From contig JBHGNT010000022.1 of assembly GCA_043228905.1 (NCBI GenBank), positions 558,001 to 622,000 of the forward strand: a DNA stretch of 64,000 nucleotides. The letters are read 5' to 3'. Source of the stretch: Azolla caroliniana (Eukaryota > Plantae > Polypodiophyta). Under the pieces are notes generated by a model, which saw nothing but the letters and a program-made list of their open reading frames with translations, searched no databases and had not been told where the DNA came from. Made by a program: the position numbers and the translations under genes. Below, in pieces: positions 57,530 through 64,000 of the stretch. The first letter of the stretch is position 1. Each line of letters opens with the position of its first letter.

Positions 57530-59633
57530 TGGTATCAGAGCGCGAGGGTTGAGAATCCTCTGCTGCCGACAAAGCGAACATGATAGGGACAAGTTTTTTC
57601 GTCTCCCGGAAAAGAAAAGACAGGAACATGGATAGAGCTATGGGTAGCTCACTTCCATTGGAGAAGTTGGACAGGAGCAACTACGCATCTTGGTTCTACA
57701 AGATGCACCAATGCCTGTTCGGGCACAAATACTCTAGTTATGTGGAAGGAGCGAATGAAGTACCACCAGAGCCGACACACAGAGACTTCCCATCTTGGGA
57801 GCAAGTAGTGAGCTGAGTCTTGTATTGCCTTGCCTCGTGTGTCCATGATTAGATGCTCGGGTATATAAGAGATGCAAAGTTGACGAAGGATGCTTGGGGG
57901 AACCTGAAGAGTGTACTTGCCGCCAACACCACAACCTGAAGTTGCATCTAAGGCAGGAGCTCAACAACGTTTGACAAGGAGGTATGTTGACAACTGATTA
58001 CACCAGAAAGATCAAGCATATTTGTGACTCACTTGACTCCATCAACGTGATGGTGGACGGAGAGGGGATGGTGAATATCTATCTTGGAGGTTTAGCTTAG
58101 AAATACGGGTCGTTTTGGATGGCTATCTGCACAAGGGAGAAGTCTCCGTCATTTCTCGACTTACAATCGATGCTCTATGTAGAGGAGAACCACACGAGCA
58201 CGTTAACGAGTATGCACGCCTCAACCAGATGTTGTACACAGAGGCGGATCGGCCCGTGGTCATGGTGGATGAGGTAGGTCGACGCGCAATGGAGGTGGCC
58301 GACAGGAGCAGAACCCGAGGCATAATCGAAATGTCGACAACAACTTCAGACCCTCCACAAGCAAGGGGAGTCAAGGCACTACCGGAAGCTAGCAAAGTAA
58401 GGCCACAACGGAGTGCTGGTACTATGGCAGGAAGGGCCAAAGAGAGAGCGAGTGCTCAAAGAAGAGCTGGATCAATCTGGGGTGACGTAGATAGGTGTCA
58501 AAGATTGTACTACTCTAACGGAAGCATAAAGCCAACTCGATGGCGATGTGCACCTCGAAATCGAAGGAGGTGTGGTATGTGGGTTCCAGCGCATCAAACC
58601 ACATGACAAACCATGAAGAATGGTTCTCTTATCTCGAGAAGCCGGAGCAGTCAGGGGTCGTTGAAACTAGCGATGACAACCCTCACCCCATCGAACATAT
58701 TGGACATGTCCCTCCGAGCCATGTTGGTCAAAGAGGAATCATGAGAAATGGCTTGCATGTGCCGACAATCACCAAGGGCTTGGTGTCGGTCGGACAAATT
58801 GTCGACCAGGGCATGCAAGTTCAATTTACTCACCTGGGGTGCTTCATTGAAGAAGAAAGCAAGATTATCACGCAAGGGTGTAGAGAAGGAAGGATGTTTA
58901 TCCTCAAAAACAATGACGTTGCCACCGCTATATTCTCTAAAGGGCAAAGGATCTAATCGGAATCGACCTATGGCACAAGCGGTTCGGCCATGTCAACTTC
59001 CTATGGCTTCGAGAAATGCAGTTGAAGAATATCGTTTTCGAGCTGTCGAAATTCAATGGCTAGAAGGGTCAAGCCTTTGAAGCCTCTGAATTAGGGAAGA
59101 ATCATTGACTTCCATTCGCTAATGAGAGAAATTGGATCCAAAATAAGCTCGATTTAATCCATTCAGATGTGTGCGGACTGACACAAAATGTGAGCATCGG
59201 AGGGAGCCACTATTTTGTGGCCTTTATCGGTGACTTCACTCGGCATAGTTGGGCATGCATGATAAAGAATAAGAGTGAAGTCCTCTCTTGTTTCATGAAG
59301 TAGAGCCTTGCCGAGCAGGGGACAGGACAAAAGATCAAGTTCCTCAGGACCGATGGTGGGAAAGAGTAGTTTTCTGACTAGTTCTCTAGTTATCTACAGA
59401 AGGAAGGAATTCGACGTGAATTCTCCTACAGATACATGCCGCAACAAAATGGCGTGCGGAGCAGAAGAATCGAACCATTGAAGAAGCGACCAGGGCAATG
59501 CTTGAGGAGAAGGATATGCCGAAGTTTTACTGGGCCAAAGCTAATAGGACGACTGTATACTTGTAGAAATGGGCTTCTGCAAATGGAGTGTCACCACACG
59601 AGTTGTACTTTGAGAAAAAACTGAACTTGGCAC
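57060..59633 (+). mobile_element. Decayed Ty1/copia element 1 (LTR, PBS, gag, protease, integrase), cut off by element 2
   Basis: PBS TGGTATCAGAGC (tRNA-iMet) 57530-57541; KLDRSNYASW gag; WYVGSSASNHMT protease; WHKRFGH; IHSDVCG; PQQNG. Confidence 0.88.
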
Positions 59634-62600
59634 TGTTGAGAATCAAGCTCAACTTGTGTGAACATGTGCTTATGAAGAAAAGGACGATGTGTGAAAAAGT
59701 GTGTGAGCACACTTTATTGTAATCCCTGTAGTCGTCGAGTGTGTGTGAGCACACTTTATTGTAATCCTTGTAGTTGTCGAGTGTTAATGTAGTCAAAGAA
59801 TATTAGATATTCTTATGAAAAAAACCGTACTCAAGTGGATATCTTGATTAGATTCCACCAACACTTTATTGTAATCCTTGTAGTTGTCGAGTGTTAGCAT
59901 AGTCAAAGAATATTAGATATTCTTATGACAAAATTGTACTGAAGTGGATATCTTGGTTAGATTCCACCAACACAATTTATATGGAAGTCCCTTGAGGACT
60001 TGTATATAAAACCCCTTTTGCCCATTCGGTTTTGTTGATGATCTTTAGTTAATTAATATAGCTCTCTTAAGTGCATCAGTTGTCATCCCCCTACTGTGTG
60101 TTTTCTTATTTTCTTGTTATTCTCTCTGATTCCTTCTCTTGCTTATACACTCACTCTCTCTCACACACACACTACGCTTCTGAATACTCAACTCTACTAG
60201 AGTTAGAATCCTTACATGGTATCAGAGCGTGAGGGTTAGAGATCCTTCACTGAGCTCTACCATTGAAATTGTGTGAGTAGCTAGAGACATTGTTTCAAAC
60301 CAGCTATCATCATTGTAGTGTTGCACGTCAAGAGGCTCACGTTAACAGGAGCATACGAATCAAGCTAAATCAGAGAGATGAATGCACAAATGGGTTGCAC
60401 ACTTCCAACAAAGAAGTTGGACAGGCACAACTACACATCTTGGGAATATAAGATGCAATGGTGGAGTTATATCGAGGGAGCTGAGGAAACAACCCCCGAT
60501 ATTATAAATCTCAATTACCCCACATGGCAGCAAGGCACTAGTAGGGTGATGTATTGTTTGGCAACATGTGTGCAAGATCACATGTTAAGCTATATTCGTG
60601 ATGCAAAAGCTGGCCCCTAACAAAAGCGTGGAAAAACTTGAAGAAGATTTTTGCAACTTCAACCACAACGAGAAAACTTCAACTCCAGCAAGAGTTGAAC
60701 AATATTCAGTAGGGGGATATGTCCGTGACGGACTATACCCTCCGGATCAAAGACTTATACGATTCACTTGGTTCCATCAATGTAGTAGTTGATGATGACG
60801 AGATGGTGCATATCTGCCTTGGCAGCCTCGCACAAAAATATGGCTCATTTCGAACTGCCATAACAACAAGGGAGAAGCCCCCAAACTTTTTCGACTTGCA
60901 ATCCATGCTAATGGTTGAGGAGAACCATACATGGTCGAAAAGCACGAGATCTGATGGGCAGATGCTATATACACATGATGATCTCGGTCGAGGTCACGAT
61001 CATGGTCGTGGAAATCAGGGGAGGAATGGTTGAGGAAGAGGTGGACAATGTCCACAACAATTTAATTCCAGTCAGCAAGAAGGTTGAAACAGCCGGGGGA
61101 ATTTCGGCAAAAAGGGGAGCTTTCCCCAACCTACATCAACCAGGTAGAACCAACAAACTAAATGTTGGTATTGTGGAAAGCCTGGCCACTTTGAAGTTGA
61201 GTGTCGGAAGATGAAGAATGACTCAGTTGTCTCACCTCGGCAGCAAACAAACTATGTTGTGATGGCTGACCTAGAAAACAAAGGGTCGATGTTTGTTATG
61301 TGACACCGAGCGAATAACATGATAACAAGATATGTTTGTTATGTGACACCGATGTTTCCCAACCTGATGATGTCTGGTTCGTGGTTTGAGGTGCCTCAAA
61401 TCACATGACAAGTCATCAAGAATGGTTCATGAATTTGAGGGAACCCGAGAGACCCGACGTGGTGGAGACCAATGATGATTCCACACACATGATTGAGCAC
61501 ATTGGAGATGTGGCCCTTAACAATCAGGACAAAAAGGGCTACATGAAGGATGTACTGCATGTCCTGATAGTCACAAAGAATTTGGTCTTGGTTGGCCAAA
61601 TTGTCAAGCAAGGAATGCAAGTACGATTCAATCAGGAAGGTTGCTTCGTTGAGGATAAGGGCCAACTTATCGCTCATGCAAGAAGAGAAGGTCACATGTT
61701 TATTCTTGATGTGACTGAGGTGAACACAACAATGTATTCAAAGGGACTTAAGGCCGAGTCTGATATTGAGTTGTGGCACAAAAGGGTTGGCCATGTAAAT
61801 CTCGGTAAACTTTGATCAATGCAAACAAAAGGGGATGTGTACGGATTGCCACGATTTACTTCGAAACATCCTGATAATGTATGTGGGCGTGCCAGCTAGG
61901 CAATCAACATAGGCATCCATTCCTAAGCAAAAGAAATGTGAGTAAAGGCTTGTTGGACGTCATCCACTCAGATGTATGGGGCCCAACTCAAACAACGACA
62001 ATCGGTGGGTGTAGGTACTTCGTTACCTTCATTGACGACTATTCACGTCATACTTGGATATGCCCGATGAAGTCGAAAAGTGAGGTCTTCTCCCACTTTC
62101 TTAAGTTAAAGAATCATGTGGAAAATGAGACAAATCGCAAGATTCGACGTTATGGTCTAATGGTGGCCAAGAATACTTCTTTAGCGAGTTCAAGGCCTTT
62201 CTCGAAGAGAAGGGAATTCACCCGGAATTTTCTTGTCGGTACACACCACAACAAAACGATGTTGTTGAGCGGAAGAATCACACAATTCTTGAGATGGCCC
62301 GTGCCATGCTGCAAGAGAAGAACATGCCCAAGATCTATTGGGGCAGAGACATCTGTTATGACTGTGTACAATAGGTGTACAACCGAGGGTGTCCATGACA
62401 TCACCCCTCAGGAGAAGTATTTTGGGACAAAGCCATATCTTTCGCACTTGAGGTCATTCAAACTCCAGAAGGGTTCCTACTCTCACAACAACACTATGTG
62501 TTGAACTTGCTCTACAAGTTCGGAATGACCGAGTATAAGTCCATCTCGACGTCCCTTGATCGAAATATGAAGTGAACTACAGATTCTGGTAAATTCTGCA

Positions 62601-63264
62601 AGCCGACACAGTATCGCCAAATAATTGGGAGTCTTATCTACCTAACTATCACCTAACTAGACCTTAGCTATCGGGTTGGGTTTTGTAGCCAATTCATGCA
62701 AAACCCCCTGCAACACTCACATGGATTGTGCTAAGCAAGTGTTATGTTATGTTAGTGGAACACTTGATTATGGTATCTTCTATAAGTGTGGAGTACCACT
62801 TCGACTTGAAGGCTTCACGGATTTTGATTGGGCGGGCAATGCATCTGATAGGAGATCCACTTCGGGATTTATATTTTCACTCGGTAGTGGAGCAATCTCT
62901 TGGTGCAGCAAGAAACAACCAACAGTCGCTCTATCGAGCACTGAGGTGGAGTATAGGGTTGCAGTTGTAGTTCCTTCTGAAGTTGTATGGCTAAAAAGAC
63001 TACTAAAAGACTTCAACGAATTGGTGAACAAGCCAATACTGATCCACTGCGATAATCTTAGCAGCATCCAGCTTGCAAAGAATCTAGTGTTTCACGCCCG
63101 GACTAAGTACATCGAGGTGCACTATCATTACATCCGTGAGTTCATATTGGCCTGCAACATTGACCTCCAATACGTTGGCACTAACATGCAAGTGACTGAT
63201 ATTTTCACTAAGGCACTAGGTCTCGACAAGTTACGACAATTCTTAGTGGATCTAGGCCTTAGAC
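59634..63264 (+). mobile_element. Decayed Ty1/copia element 2: 5' LTR 59634-60216, gag-PR-IN, internal deletion, RT C-terminus, RNase H
   Basis: LTR TGTTGAG...CTTACA; PBS TGGTATCAGAGC 60217-60228; WHKRVGH, IHSDVWGP, FIDDYSR; DFDWAG, RRSTSG, SSTEVEY, HCDN, ARTKYIEVHYH, DIFTKAL. Confidence 0.9.
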
Positions 63265-64000
63265 TGTTATACGTTTTAGGGTTAGGGTTAAGGACGATGA
63301 TGATGATGAATGATAACTATGATGATTGGTAATGAAGATAGACATGGTGATGGAGAGTATGATGGTGACAGAGATCATATAGAGAAGCATTGCGGGGTGG
63401 GGGGTGGTGCCTAGAATGGCTCCACCCCCCTCCCAAGGGGGTTCAACGTGAGAGAGGGAGAGAGAAGAGAAAAGGTGTCAAAGAGAGAGAGATTAGAGAG
63501 AAAATGTTCATTCATATTTCATTCATTCCCCATAAGGGGTTAAATAGTACAAGAGGGGGTAGATACATAGGGGTGTAAGCCCCCTCGAGCATTCATACTG
63601 GACACTCACTCACATCTCCTCGTATCCATCCACATGCACACACGTGTGCATGTGTTCACATACGTATAGACTCACAATTACATTTATGCCCCCTACACAC
63701 ACACAACAATCATCATGATAACATTTGACCCTCGCTCATCACATTGACTCTCCATACATCTCATACAGGGTAACACAGACCACTTGATATGTTGAGCTTG
63801 GGGGATAGTACAAGTACAAAAATGAAGGAAAATATGGAGAATCAGCACCATACAAGAGGAAGAGTGAGACCGACATCGACAAAGTAAGGCCAACACATCT
63901 AATCCGACTTGACTTGACAAGTTAGAGGAAGACTTTCCAAAGCCCGGAATTTTTGAAGCTCGAATTTTTGGATTGGCAAGATCAACATTACTAGATCAAG
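63265..64000. mobile_element. Probable LTR of another element interrupting copia 2
   Basis: Abrupt switch at TGTTATACG right at the end of RNase H, with no PPT or matching 3' LTR; LTR-like low-complexity content. Confidence 0.4.

Overview
Eukaryotic, AT-rich, transposon-laden plant genomic DNA, most likely a fern or other seed-free vascular plant (inferred from gene content and repeat style; not provable here). Four host genes are readable: (1) an intronless, GC-rich BOU-type mitochondrial carrier (+, 7110-8177); (2) a 10-exon ABCC/MRP transporter (-, 16485-22512); (3) a mitochondrial NFU (NifU-like Fe-S carrier) gene (-, 34223-40477); (4) an apparently intact 10-exon gene for an Lsm11-like protein, the U7 snRNP-specific Sm protein (-, 45908-53483). 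The Lsm11-like gene is the most surprising feature, because the U7/histone stem-loop pathway is considered absent from flowering plants. The rest is nested TEs: a compact, young 4.9-kb Ty3/gypsy element with animal-like traits (4-bp ATAT TSD, tRNA-Ala-like PBS, -1 gag/pol frameshift with hairpin, no chromodomain) inserted in a hAT-type MITE; several hAT-type MITEs with exact 8-bp TSDs; LINE remnants; nested decayed Ty1/copia elements; microsatellites; and a hierarchical tandem array in the NFU promoter. Exon models were read by eye from GT/AG sites and frame continuity.
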